Source: Candidatus Cloacimonadales bacterium
Lineage (GTDB): Bacteria > Cloacimonadota > Cloacimonadia > Cloacimonadales > JAFGVF01
Assembly: GCA_963677495.2 (NCBI GenBank)
Contig: CAXXOU010000003.1
Coordinates: forward strand, 160,001-224,000
Direction of reading: 5' to 3'
Length of the DNA: 64,000 bases
Notes under the pieces: model-generated
What the model was told of the DNA's origin: nothing
The model's input: only the letters and a program-made list of their open reading frames with translations
Database searches by the model: none
In this document: positions 8,940 through 19,092 of the stretch, in pieces
Numbering within the stretch: the stretch's first letter is position 1
Layout of the letters: the number at the start of each line of letters is the position of its first letter
Program-made: the position numbers and the translations under genes

Positions 8940-10544
8940 TTACTTCATTAATATCATCTTCTTAGCATCACTGTGAGTGTCTGTATCTAAACGATAGAAA
9001 TAAACACCTGAAGCAACAGCATTGCCATTATAATCATTGCCTTTCCAAACAACGCTATGCTCTCCTTTTGTATAAACATCGTTTGTAATGGTGTTCACAC
9101 GTTCACCCTTGATGTTATAGATAGAAATTGTAGCGTTCTCACTGTCATTGGCAATAGTGAAACTGATAGTTGTTTCAGGATTGAATGGATTTGGATAGTT
9201 TCCATGCAATGCTGTTTTTACTAATGCAGGTTGATAGTCATCATCGTTGCCCTGAATATCCATACTAAGTACATTGCTATGTTCTGTTTCAAAAGTATCA
9301 TTGAATGCAGTTATCGTAATATCAATAGTTTCCCTAACCGGCATTGGAGCGAAATAGCTTCTTTCAGAGAAATCAATCTCTTCTATAGGTATGCCATTAA
9401 CATAGATTCTATAACCAGTGAACACCTCACCCATGTTCCCGGGAGCATTCCAGTTTAATAAGTAATCGTCGTTGATTCTAAGTTCCCAAGGTCTATCTTG
9501 AGCATACATCACCTCGTAATACCAGATGTTACCATCAACAAGTGGGAAGGATGTACCGTCTGGTGTTAGAGTTGCATCAATAACATCATAACCCATTACA
9601 AAGTAGTCGTTTTCATACATCATCATTCTTGCCATACCGAAATCAGGAACGAGGAAGTATTCTTGAGTCATTGGTCCAAACTGAGTAACGGTTACTTCTG
9701 CAGTTTGAGTTGCATCAATAACTTCTATAATATCATATCTTTCCATTGTAGCATCAACATACATTGCACCCATATCTGAGTCATAATATTCAATCATCTG
9801 CCAAGTATCATTCAATGATGCATTCATGGTTTTAAAGAAGTATCTATCTGGAGTATTGTATTCAAGATAGTTCCAACTATCATTCATCCATACTTGCTCA
9901 CCTGCTACTGACATAAAATCACCATTTTGATAGTAGTATTGATAATATGGATCTGCAACATAATCAAATCCCGAGATAAGTTTATTAGCAGGAACAGAGA
10001 ACTCGTTTGATTGCTCTCCAATAGCTAAGAATGGTGGCATAAACTCATCTTCAATATCAATGTTAAAGCTGAGCGTTGTCATACCATCTTCAACTGCTAC
10101 AATTGTTGGTTCCATTTGAGTACCATAAACGCCTAATCCAACAGTATTATAAAAACTATCAAAAGCACGTCCTACAATATAGTAAGAACCGTCAGCTAAA
10201 TCAGTAATTTCAAACTCTCCTGTTTGAGAAACCATCACTATTTCTTCTTCATTATTTTCATCAAGTGGGATAATTTGGAGAAATGCAGAATCCCATGTAC
10301 CTTCTGCAAGGAAAACATTAACCCAGATCTCCATCTGAGGAGCATCGTTAGAAGCAATAGGGTCAAATACAACAACAGATACACCGGCTGTATCATTACC
10401 ATCAGTGATAGTGTTAGCAATTTCAACTGGGTCTTCAGATGTCCAGAAGTTGTTCTGAGCCATAATCTGTCCGCCACTGTTCTGATTTACATAGATTGAG
10501 TTGTTATTTCCGTTCATATCTATGTTATCACCGAATGTGTTCAT
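8940..10544 (-). CDS. C-terminal part of a secreted protein with FN3-like and FlgD-Ig/T9SS-type-A-like sorting domain; probably continuous with 10559..11521 across a frameshift
   Basis: Ends GNYPNPFNPETTISF...IYNIKGE...SGVYFYRL...KKMILMK; no own signal peptide; frame stays open upstream as PNFGDITINTPQG. Confidence 0.8.
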   Translation of the reverse strand: MNTFGDNIDMNGNNNSIYVNQNSGGQIMAQNNFWTSEDPVEIANTITDGNDTAGVSVVVFDPIASNDAPQMEIWVNVFLAEGTWDSAFLQIIPLDENNEEEIVMVSQTGEFEITDLADGSYYIVGRAFDSFYNTVGLGVYGTQMEPTIVAVEDGMTTLSFNIDIEDEFMPPFLAIGEQSNEFSVPANKLISGFDYVADPYYQYYYQNGDFMSVAGEQVWMNDSWNYLEYNTPDRYFFKTMNASLNDTWQMIEYYDSDMGAMYVDATMERYDIIEVIDATQTAEVTVTQFGPMTQEYFLVPDFGMARMMMYENDYFVMGYDVIDATLTPDGTSFPLVDGNIWYYEVMYAQDRPWELRINDDYLLNWNAPGNMGEVFTGYRIYVNGIPIEEIDFSERSYFAPMPVRETIDITITAFNDTFETEHSNVLSMDIQGNDDDYQPALVKTALHGNYPNPFNPETTISFTIANDSENATISIYNIKGERVNTITNDVYTKGEHSVVWKGNDYNGNAVASGVYFYRLDTDTHSDAKKMILMK

Positions 10545-10558
10545 ACCTTGTGGTGTGT

Positions 10559-11521
10559 TTATGGTAATATCACCAAAGTTAGGAAAGCACCGGCCATGAT
10601 ATAGGCACCTGTGAAGTTGCCTTCAAAAGTATTACCAAAAATCGTTGGAGTTGCTCTACCACCATAACACATAACACCGGCACCTGAATTAGCATCACCT
10701 TCGATGAAGTTATCACAGATGTAGTTCTCGTTCAGAATCCCACCTGCATTATAGAAGTATACTCCGGTAAGGTTATTAGTAATTGTGTTACCGAGGATAG
10801 ATGGGTTGATAGTTACATTTCCGAACATATCAACACATGTGATGCCCTGTTTGTGATTATCATGTATATAGTTATCATTAATGTTTGGCTCGCATACAGC
10901 ACCACCGGTTTGAGCACTAATCTGGATTGCCCCACGATACTGAGCACCGGTTCCGTTGAATCTTATCTCATTATCATGAATTGTCACGTTGCTGTTTTCA
11001 GTAAGCTCAATACCACTCATAATAGAATGCTCAATAGTGTTTCCTGTAATGTTGATTTCGGCTGGAGTTATTGCTCCAATCGCAAAGATATCAATACCTG
11101 TTTCATTGTAGCTAAATATACAATTATTTACTTGTAATGGTGAGTTAATTGAGTGTAAAGCACTCTCAGCACCTTCGATTGAACAGAACTGGAAAGTGTT
11201 ATGAAAACCTGTTCCCTCTTTCTCAAGTCTTATTCCACCCCAAAGGTCGGTAAAATTTGGGGCTCTTGTAATAGTTACAGGTGCAGGTTCTGTTCCTATA
11301 ATGTTTAGCAGTCCTTCAGCAGTTATCTGGTAAGCGCCATTCACGATAATTTGTACACCGGATTCAATATCAAGAGTCTGATCCTGTGGTACTGTGATAT
11401 CTCCAGTCACTTCATAAGGGTTGTTATCAGAAGTCCAGACACCACTCTGTGTTCCCGATACTTGAATAGCTATCAATGGAATAGCCATCAAACATAAAAA
11501 TAAACCAATAAACCTTTTCAT
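10559..11521 (-). CDS. N-terminal part of the same secreted protein: right-handed parallel beta-helix repeats
   Basis: Signal peptide MKRFIGLFLCLMAIPLIA; W...NPY.VTGDITVP..QTL.IE.GV start; repeated I..N.I..N...GI motifs. Confidence 0.8.
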   Translation of the reverse strand: MKRFIGLFLCLMAIPLIAIQVSGTQSGVWTSDNNPYEVTGDITVPQDQTLDIESGVQIIVNGAYQITAEGLLNIIGTEPAPVTITRAPNFTDLWGGIRLEKEGTGFHNTFQFCSIEGAESALHSINSPLQVNNCIFSYNETGIDIFAIGAITPAEINITGNTIEHSIMSGIELTENSNVTIHDNEIRFNGTGAQYRGAIQISAQTGGAVCEPNINDNYIHDNHKQGITCVDMFGNVTINPSILGNTITNNLTGVYFYNAGGILNENYICDNFIEGDANSGAGVMCYGGRATPTIFGNTFEGNFTGAYIMAGAFLTLVILP

Positions 11522-11682
11522 CTCTTATCTCCACTAATTTTTAATGTTGCGGTTAAGCAGGTGAACAATCTAATCAAGTCAAGCAAAAATGAATTCACTT
11601 CGCTTTTGAAATCTCATTAATATATACTTGATTATCACTTAAGTATTAGTCAATAAATTTCCAATCCAAAGTAAGCTTCCTA

Positions 11683-11826
11683 TCATTGCTCTATCATAAT
11701 AATCGTTTCGAAGGGCTTCTTCTCTACTCAGTTTCATGTCACTTTCTTGTCTACCGCCCCAGGTTTTGCCCAAGAGACTCATGGAAATCGAATGAGCTTC
11801 TGTGCTTTATTATGATAGAGCAGTGA
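11683..11826. repeat. 144-bp element bounded by 20-bp inverted repeats (MITE-like)
   Basis: TCATTGCTCTATCATAATAA (11683-11702) / TTATTATGATAGAGCAGTGA (11807-11826), 1 mismatch. Confidence 0.65.
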
Positions 11827-11871
11827 AACCAACATAGCATCCTGCTCATTTTCACCTTTTACTACACAATC

Positions 11872-11968
11872 GCTCCACGTTAGAAACACGTTACAAGAGA
11901 TGGGAATTGGATTAGAATTAGATGATTAAAAGATGCAAAATCTATTTCCTTTAAAAGTGGGCACTTTC
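11872..11968 (+). repeat. Dispersed repeat family B, copy 1
   Basis: 97-bp ungapped match to 60733-60829 (about 76/97 identical by hand count). Confidence 0.8.
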
Positions 11969-12182
11969 ATGTTAGTAAAAAAGGCAAATAGAGCAACCCT
12001 AGCATGGATTTAACACGAATTTTGTGGTTCAACATATCATTGTAGCCAAGCAGGATACTAGTTGATTTGAAGAGTCAAATACGGCTCTTTGTGAGTTTAC
12101 AGGTAATTGAGTCAGCGCACTATGTTGTTAATTCTCTTGACACTATTACAACATATATCTCATAAATTTGTTGGAGGTAAAC

Positions 12183-13844
12183 ATGATTTTTAAGAGAGAA
12201 TTGTTAGTTGTAATTATTGTTCTATTAGCAGGACAGCTTCTAGGACTTGATAATATATATTTTAATGCTTCTAGAGCTAGTAACTATTTAAGCATTCCAT
12301 CCTATGTTAGTGGTAATGATGAAGTAGTTCATCCAGACGTGGTCTATGTCCCTGAAGGATGGAACGGATATAGTTATTGGATGGCTTACACACCATTCCC
12401 TGATTCTGCCCCTGAATATGAGAACCCCTCTATTGTGGTTTCAAATGATGGTATAAACTGGAGCGTACCTGCGGGACTTACCAATCCGGTAGTTGAGCCA
12501 TTTGATTCAGGATTTGACCCAAACAATTACTATCACTCAGATTCAGATTTGATATTATCTCCTGATGGGTTAACAATGTATCTATGCTGGCGTAATCATT
12601 ATGGATGGAACGCAGAATACTTCAGTGTCATGACCTCAACTGATGGTATCAATTGGACAGAACCCGTATACCCATTCTTTACATTAAGTACAGATGGAGA
12701 AAGGATTTTATCTCCTGCCCTTATCTATAATGGTTCAGAATATGAGCTGTATACTGTAAACTCAAAATCTTCACCTAGAACATATTATAGAAGAACTGCT
12801 ACATCTCCAACTGGCACTTGGAGTGCCCCTGTTGAGGTAGAGTTTCTATTGAATGACGGAATTGATTGGATAGACCCTGATACTTATGTAGGCAACATCG
12901 CTGATGCATATCAGATTTGGCATCTGGATATTTTGTTTGAGAACAATGAATACTGGTGTATTGCCTCAGTAGGTGGTGCATCCCAGACAAGAGGTGGACA
13001 GCTTTGGATAGCTAAGTCTGTAGATGGGATCAATTGGGTTTATGATAACAACCCACTCCTAGATTATCAAGAATCAGGTTGGGATAAGTATATTTACCGA
13101 TCTTGTGCTATACCAGACTATGATGGTGAAACAATGAATTTAAAGATTTGGTACTCTTCAGATGGTGGTACAGGAGCAGATAATCTTGAATGGCACATAG
13201 GATATACAGAAGCACAGGTTCCTGGGTCAGAGACTCTATCTGTTCAGTATAGTAGTATGTCAGCAGTTATTAACAGTTGGAGTGATACTGCTGAGATAAA
13301 GTGGCAAACCGCTTCTGAATACAATATGAATCATTATAACATTTACTCCTCAGAGAATGATAACTCATTAACTATGATAAAACGGAATGGTGCTCCTATT
13401 GCTGCTCTTAATCTGCCAACATGCTATAGTTTTACTGATGAATCAGTTCACGATGATTCGCTTTATTATTGGATAGAGTCTGTTAGTTTAGATGGCGAAT
13501 GTGAGTATTCCCCTCCATTACTTGCAAAGAGAAATGATTCTGAAAGCAGTGATGAACAAGTAGATAGTAATCCGGGCATATACAACAATATTAATGTATA
13601 CCCAAATCCTTTCAATCCATCAACTACAGTTAGCTTTATGCTAGAGAATGAAGAGATGGTGGCATTAGAGTTATTTGATGTTAAGGGTAGTTTAGTTTTC
13701 AATACTCCAGAGAGCAAGTTTCGAGCAGGTAGAAACTCTTTTGAAATATCTTTGTCAGGAAAGAATATTGCATCAGGAATCTATTTCTGTAAACTAAAAA
13801 AGCATAGTGGTAATTTACTAAAGAAAATTGCATTATTAAAATAA
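12183..13844 (+). CDS. Secreted five-bladed beta-propeller glycosidase-like protein with C-terminal sorting domain
   Basis: GGAGG RBS before ATG 12183; HPDVVY..GWNGY.YWMAYTPFP...ENPSI..SNDGINW, repeated S.DG.NW; YPNPFNPSTT...SGIYF...KKIALLK. Confidence 0.75.
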   Translation: MIFKRELLVVIIVLLAGQLLGLDNIYFNASRASNYLSIPSYVSGNDEVVHPDVVYVPEGWNGYSYWMAYTPFPDSAPEYENPSIVVSNDGINWSVPAGLTNPVVEPFDSGFDPNNYYHSDSDLILSPDGLTMYLCWRNHYGWNAEYFSVMTSTDGINWTEPVYPFFTLSTDGERILSPALIYNGSEYELYTVNSKSSPRTYYRRTATSPTGTWSAPVEVEFLLNDGIDWIDPDTYVGNIADAYQIWHLDILFENNEYWCIASVGGASQTRGGQLWIAKSVDGINWVYDNNPLLDYQESGWDKYIYRSCAIPDYDGETMNLKIWYSSDGGTGADNLEWHIGYTEAQVPGSETLSVQYSSMSAVINSWSDTAEIKWQTASEYNMNHYNIYSSENDNSLTMIKRNGAPIAALNLPTCYSFTDESVHDDSLYYWIESVSLDGECEYSPPLLAKRNDSESSDEQVDSNPGIYNNINVYPNPFNPSTTVSFMLENEEMVALELFDVKGSLVFNTPESKFRAGRNSFEISLSGKNIASGIYFCKLKKHSGNLLKKIALLK

Positions 13845-13851
13845 TACTAAC

Positions 13852-13881
13852 AGGAGTCAGCTCAGGAAGTTGGCTCCTTTT
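13852..13881 (+). terminator. Rho-independent terminator
   Basis: AGGAGTCAGCT-CAGGA-AGTTGGCTCCT-TTT. Confidence 0.65.
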
Positions 13882-13886
13882 CTATT

Positions 13887-14300
13887 CTAATTTAAATGTC
13901 CCCAATCCCCTGTAAGCCTGAGTATAATAAAAAGTACAAGTACAAATAGTATGGGTGTAAAAGCCACAATCAGAGTAAAACTATTTAAGATAAGCCCTTT
14001 TATAATAATATCAAGTACAGCAAACAGTAAAATAAGCCAAAATCCTAATTTCTTATTATTAATCATAAACAATAAAGAACTGCAATAACCAAGCTCAATT
14101 ACTAATCCCAAGAGATTAAAATCACCTCTAAAGTAAACTGAAGCTGCAAAAATATTTACTGGGAGCTTAGAGAAAATACCAGTCCACCTGAGAACTGTCA
14201 AAATGCAAAAGAAGAGAAAATAATAAAAAAGAAAGCAGGTAAAAGAGCTCTTATGGTATCCGGTAGTTATATTTGCAGATATGTTACGATTGTACTTCAC
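13887..14300 (-). CDS. Hypothetical membrane protein (about 4 TM)
   Basis: Hydrophobic 137-aa ORF overlapping the kinase stop codon. Confidence 0.55.
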   Translation of the reverse strand: MKYNRNISANITTGYHKSSFTCFLFYYFLFFCILTVLRWTGIFSKLPVNIFAASVYFRGDFNLLGLVIELGYCSSLLFMINNKKLGFWLILLFAVLDIIIKGLILNSFTLIVAFTPILFVLVLFIILRLTGDWGHLN

Positions 14301-16167
14301 ATTGCCTCTCTTTTAACACTTTGTCAATTGTCTTTGCTATCTGATTATGTTTACACGGCTTGAAAAGTATAGCATTAAAATATTCCAGTATATAATTCTC
14401 CTCAGGATTAATCGAAGCAGTAATGCAGATAATTGGAGTGTCCTCACATTTTTTATTCTTCCGCACTTTTTGGGATAGCTCAGAACCATTAATGTCCGGC
14501 ATTCTTAAATCAAAACAGAAAAGATCGTAATGATTTGTTTCAATCAAAGCAAGTGCATCTTTTGCTGATTCAGCATCATGTACTTCTAACTTCATCTTCT
14601 CAAGTTGCTTTCTGAGTACTTTTCTATTTATCAGTATATCATCAACTACAAGCACTACTTTACCTTGAAAATCCCATCCTTCTAAGTCTACTATTGGAGT
14701 CTGACGCCTCTGTTGTGAAAAATCACCGACTCTAATTTTCGGTAAGAGTATAGTAAACGTAGTACCTAAATTAAGTTTACTCGAAACCGAAATAGTACCA
14801 CCATTCCCCTCAACAATCCGTTTGGTAATTGCCAATCCCAGGCCTGTACCCTTTTCTGAACTTGATCTTCCATTTTTACTTTGAATAAATGGAATAAATA
14901 TATTTTCTAAATCTTCTTCGGGAATACCTACCCCTGAATCCTCTATAACTATTTTTAAATCACATAGGTCATCTGAATGCTTCTGACAGCTAAGTTTTAG
15001 ATTTATTGTACCATGGTCTGTAAACTTGATTGAATTGCCAATTAGATTAATAAGAACCTGCCTAATCTGTGCTTTATCTAAGTAAACAAGCTTGACAGCA
15101 TCAGGGAGAGATGTCTCGAAATGTATCTCTCTTGCATCAATCTTTTGCCAGAAAATTGTGTGCATCTCATCTAGCAACTCACTCATATCCACCAGAGTTT
15201 TATTACTCTTAAACCCACTCGATTCAAGTTGAGAGAAATCTAAAATCTCACTTACTAAATCTAATAATACATTTCCAGCTTGAGATATAGAGCTTACGAA
15301 TTGGCGATGCTCGGCTGAAATTATCTCATTTAACAAAATTTCACTCAGCCCTAATACTGCATTGATTGGAGTTCTTATCTCATGACTCATATTGGCAATG
15401 AAGGTTGATTTCATTCTATTTGCACTTTCAGCTTTATCCTTTGCTACAATCAGTTCCTTCTCAATCTCCTTACTATGCTCAATCTCGGCTAACAACTCTT
15501 TGTTACGCTTCTCAAGTTCTTCATTTTTCTGCTCAACCTTGTATGAGAGTACGTCATTTACACTATCAACAACATCTCCTCTTTCTCGTAGTTCTTTATT
15601 TAATGAGAAATTCCTTCTTAACGACAACTCATGATAATAGTTTGTCATCATTCCTATAATAACTGCACAAACATAGAAAGCATTAATTGTAAATATTGAT
15701 TCTGTTTCTACCTGAGACATTAAGTAGGAACCAATATTATAAAACATGATTAGAACAAGTCCGGCTATCGAAGAAAGCAAAAACCTTAATCGTATCAATA
15801 TAAATCCAGCTGAAAAGATTAACATCATTCCTAAAAGATAATGATGATTGAGAGGTAACTCAAATAGCATCAAACATATCCCTACTCCGGAAACCAGATA
15901 AGCTATAAGTAGTGTTAACTGCCATATTTTTATAAACCAGGAGGAGTAAGACATGATTATTACAGCTATAAATACAGGAATTACAATGCCGTACCTAATG
16001 AATGAGAAATATGTAAAATGCTCTTTAGCAACAAGGTAGTCAATAATACTGAACATGGAATAAAATATGATTAGGAAAGCAAATGTGTTTCTTACTTGCT
16101 TTATTGAGCTTTTATAATAGTGTTCTAAAAACTCTTTTTCCTTTTTTTTATCAAATTTCAGTGTCAT
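14284..16167 (-). CDS. Membrane hybrid sensor histidine kinase / response regulator
   Basis: About 6 TM; FIANMSHEIRTPIN H-box, NLIGNSIKFT, GTGLGLAI; receiver VDD...FDLRMP...FKP. Confidence 0.93.
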   Translation of the reverse strand: MTLKFDKKKEKEFLEHYYKSSIKQVRNTFAFLIIFYSMFSIIDYLVAKEHFTYFSFIRYGIVIPVFIAVIIMSYSSWFIKIWQLTLLIAYLVSGVGICLMLFELPLNHHYLLGMMLIFSAGFILIRLRFLLSSIAGLVLIMFYNIGSYLMSQVETESIFTINAFYVCAVIIGMMTNYYHELSLRRNFSLNKELRERGDVVDSVNDVLSYKVEQKNEELEKRNKELLAEIEHSKEIEKELIVAKDKAESANRMKSTFIANMSHEIRTPINAVLGLSEILLNEIISAEHRQFVSSISQAGNVLLDLVSEILDFSQLESSGFKSNKTLVDMSELLDEMHTIFWQKIDAREIHFETSLPDAVKLVYLDKAQIRQVLINLIGNSIKFTDHGTINLKLSCQKHSDDLCDLKIVIEDSGVGIPEEDLENIFIPFIQSKNGRSSSEKGTGLGLAITKRIVEGNGGTISVSSKLNLGTTFTILLPKIRVGDFSQQRRQTPIVDLEGWDFQGKVVLVVDDILINRKVLRKQLEKMKLEVHDAESAKDALALIETNHYDLFCFDLRMPDINGSELSQKVRKNKKCEDTPIICITASINPEENYILEYFNAILFKPCKHNQIAKTIDKVLKERQCEVQS

Positions 16168-16373
16168 ATTACTGCCTGCTCGCTTCTAATTAAAATTGTA
16201 GTCCTTAACTTTAGTTTGGATTCTAAAATAGAATAACTAAATGTCAAGAATAATCGAAGAACTAACATTATAATTCTTTACATTGTAATATCTCCTCCAT
16301 CACGTAGATCTCCTAGTAAAAAAATATGAGAAACTACTTGCCACCAGTTATGTTCTACATAATTTGTCTATAT

Positions 16374-16390
16374 CCTACTAATCGGGTAGG
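16374..16390. promoter_or_regulatory. Putative metal-sensor (CsoR/RcnR-like) operator
   Basis: CCTAC-TAATCGG-GTAGG palindrome immediately upstream of a heavy-metal permease. Confidence 0.45.
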
Positions 16391-16411
16391 TTTTTATTAA
16401 GGAGTTTTAGA

Positions 16412-17683
16412 ATGAGTAAATTTAATGCTTTCTTCCCTGAGTTATGGTCAGTTTATCTGGATTTAGCACCATACCTCTTTATTGGTCTTGCTTTTGTTGG
16501 TATACTTCACCTGATAATTAAGGATGATTGGATAGGTAAGCAATTAGGCAACAACAAACTAAGTGCTGTATTAAAAGCAGCATTAGTAGGTGTTCCTATG
16601 CCTTTATGCTCCTGTGGTGTGATCCCTACTGCTCTACATATCAATAAAAAAGGTGCGTCACAAGGCGCCACAGTTTCATTCTTGATTTCAACCCCACAAA
16701 CCGGTATTGACAGCATCACCCCAACCATTGGCATGCTTGGCCCGGTTTTTGGAATATTCAGGCCGATTTGGGCATTTATATCTGGTATTGTAGGTGGTAT
16801 TGCAACAAATATATTTGTTAAGCAGCAACAGGTAAAGGCTCATGAACCTGTAACGACTAGTTGCTGTTCTAGTGGTAGCTGCTCTACAGATGCTAAAAAT
16901 GATAAGAAGAGTTTTAAAGAACTTATCAGATATGCTTTCGTGGAGTTTCTTGATGATATATCTCCACAACTAGTTGTTGGTATTATTCTTGCTGCGCTTA
17001 TTGCCCTTTTTGTTCCTGCTGACTTCTTTGAAACCTATGGAAAAGGGTTCACAGGAATGTTTTTGATTATCCTCTTTGGACTTCCCCTTTATGTTTGTGC
17101 TACAGGATCTATCCCAATTGCTATTTCACTGATGATGAAAGGTTTCTCTCCGGGAGCAGCATTTGTATTCCTCACAGTAGGACCTGCTACCAATATTGCC
17201 ACAATTTCCATGGTTATGAAGGCGTTGGGTGTAAAGATAATGATTATCTATTTAACATCAATTACTGTAACCGCGTTGATTGGTGGCTTTGTTTTGAATA
17301 GAGTACTTGAGATTATCAATGTTGATATGAACCTTATGTTAATGGAACATCATATGGGCGAAGTCGCAATCTGGAAATATGTTCTAACAGGAATATTCAG
17401 TATTGCACTACTGTTCTCACTCTTCAGACGTATGAGATGGATAAAGAAGGGGAAATCAGTACAGAAAGCCGAAGGGAAAGCAGAAGAGACTACTACTACA
17501 ATCAATGTTGATGGCATGACTTGTTCCCACTGCGTAAAGCATGTGAAAGATTCAATAGAAGAGATTGAAGGTGTTTTAAATGCTGATGTACGTCTAGCTG
17601 AAAAAATTGCTGTTGTTAAAGGCAAGTTTGATAGATCTAAAGTAGAAGCTGCGATTGTAAATGCAGGATATAAAGTAAAATAA
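16412..17683 (+). CDS. SO_0444-type Cu/Zn efflux permease with C-terminal HMA domain
   Basis: PLCSCGVIP, STPQTGIDS, PLYVCATGS, GPATNIAT; GMTCSHC metal-binding motif. Confidence 0.9.
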   Translation: MSKFNAFFPELWSVYLDLAPYLFIGLAFVGILHLIIKDDWIGKQLGNNKLSAVLKAALVGVPMPLCSCGVIPTALHINKKGASQGATVSFLISTPQTGIDSITPTIGMLGPVFGIFRPIWAFISGIVGGIATNIFVKQQQVKAHEPVTTSCCSSGSCSTDAKNDKKSFKELIRYAFVEFLDDISPQLVVGIILAALIALFVPADFFETYGKGFTGMFLIILFGLPLYVCATGSIPIAISLMMKGFSPGAAFVFLTVGPATNIATISMVMKALGVKIMIIYLTSITVTALIGGFVLNRVLEIINVDMNLMLMEHHMGEVAIWKYVLTGIFSIALLFSLFRRMRWIKKGKSVQKAEGKAEETTTTINVDGMTCSHCVKHVKDSIEEIEGVLNADVRLAEKIAVVKGKFDRSKVEAAIVNAGYKVK

Positions 17684-17702
17684 TTACTACCCTCTCACAT
17701 AT

Positions 17703-17730
17703 AAAGGCAGGCTATACAGTCTGCCTTTTT
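17703..17730 (+). terminator. Rho-independent terminator
   Basis: AAAGGCAGGCT-ATAC-AGTCTGCCTTT-TT. Confidence 0.8.
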
Positions 17731-17881
17731 CACTCTAAAGCACTTAGTTCCCTTATTGTTAAACAAACTGATTCCCATTAGATTATAATGCTGTCATCTT
17801 AATAGAAGTTGGATTAGAATTGAACTTTATCTATACTTTATCTAAACACATCCTCCCTTACGTCCCTTTACTTAATCCCAT

Positions 17882-17996
17882 CAAAACGCTAGAATCTCGC
17901 TAGTCCCACCCTTTAGCCTCCCTAGACCCTCCCTATGAAACCCTAAAGTTATCCACATCATGTGCATAACTTATTTAACGGTGCAAAGAAGTTCTT
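17882..17996 (+). repeat. Dispersed repeat family A, copy 1 (phased CCCT motifs plus inverted DnaA-box-like pair)
   Basis: 115 bp, about 92-93% identical to 36465-36549+38917-38946 and to 54026-54140 (-); TTATCCACA 17949-17957, TGTGCATAA 17961-17969. Confidence 0.92.
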
Positions 17997-18054
17997 GATG
18001 CGATTAAGTAAAGAGAAGCAGTTGACGAGGTAAGAATAATACAAGAATAATTGC

Positions 18055-18089
18055 AAAAAAAGCACAGTACCTGATTAGAGATACTGTGC
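18055..18089 (-). terminator. Rho-independent terminator
   Basis: A7-GCACAGTA...TACTGTGC downstream of the GH130 stop. Confidence 0.7.
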
Positions 18090-18108
18090 AAAAGTGAGTT
18101 AATCTAGT

Positions 18109-19089
18109 TTATTTGTTCAATACATTATTAGCTTTAATATGTTCTACAATCTCCTCTGCATAGCAGAAAGCCATGCATGTACTAGTATCGGCAGCACCAT
18201 AATAGATTGCAATGCGACCTGTATCTTGGTCAGTTAAAGCAACGCATGGGAAAACAACATTGGGCACATCACCGGCACATTCATAAATCTCCTGTGGAGA
18301 CATGAGGTAATCTTTACCCGCAGCTATAACTTTCCAAGGTTCATCTTTATCAAGTAGCATAGCACCAAAATGATAAACATAACCATTACATGAAAGTAGA
18401 ACGCCATGATAGAATAGTAACCAACCTTCGTCAGTCTCAATTGGTACAGGACCTGCACCAATCTTTAAACTTTGCCATGGAGATGCACCTGCAGAGAAGA
18501 TATGTCTGTGTTTTCCCCAGAAGGTTAAATCAGGGCTTTCACTGTAAAACATATTGCCAAAAGCTGTATGTCCGGCATCACTTGGTCTACTGACCATCGC
18601 ATAGTTACCATTGAATTTCTTTGGGAAAAGCACTCCGTTACGATTGTATGGTAAAAAAGCATTTTCCAACTGGTGGAAAGTCTCAAAATCTTCAGTATAA
18701 GCAATACCAATAGTAGGCCCGTGATAACCGTTGCACCATGTTACATAGTACTTACCATCTAGGTAGATAACGCGAGGATCATACGCATATTCGAACTCAT
18801 TAGGTACGCCTGGTAACGGTTGTAGCTCTATTGGCTCAGGCTTAATGTCCCAATTGTAGCCATCATCACTAAAGCCAACATGGATTCTCATCTCTCGGGC
18901 TTTATTATCACATCTGAAAACACCTGCATACTTACCTTTATATGTAACAACAGCACTGTTGAAAATGCTATTAGATGTTGGCAGATGATTACGCTTAATA
19001 ACAGGATTAGCTTTGCTTCTCCAGATTAGCTCATTGCCTTGACGTTCTTCCCAAGGAAGATTCGGATTAGATTCTGTAAAAATTCTCAT
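18109..19089 (-). CDS. GH130 beta-mannoside/mannooligosaccharide phosphorylase
   Basis: SNSIFNSAVV, YAYDPRV, NAFLPYNRNGVLFP, SRPSD.GHT.FG, KIGAGP.PIET, GDVPNVVFP, YYGAADT. Confidence 0.93.
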   Translation of the reverse strand: MRIFTESNPNLPWEERQGNELIWRSKANPVIKRNHLPTSNSIFNSAVVTYKGKYAGVFRCDNKAREMRIHVGFSDDGYNWDIKPEPIELQPLPGVPNEFEYAYDPRVIYLDGKYYVTWCNGYHGPTIGIAYTEDFETFHQLENAFLPYNRNGVLFPKKFNGNYAMVSRPSDAGHTAFGNMFYSESPDLTFWGKHRHIFSAGASPWQSLKIGAGPVPIETDEGWLLFYHGVLLSCNGYVYHFGAMLLDKDEPWKVIAAGKDYLMSPQEIYECAGDVPNVVFPCVALTDQDTGRIAIYYGAADTSTCMAFCYAEEIVEHIKANNVLNK

Positions 19090-19092
19090 ATC

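Noticed and set aside
17949..17969. oriC suggested by DnaA boxes
   Set aside because: Only one box pair per site, repeated at three dispersed loci; no dnaA/dnaN/gidA context or evident unwinding element
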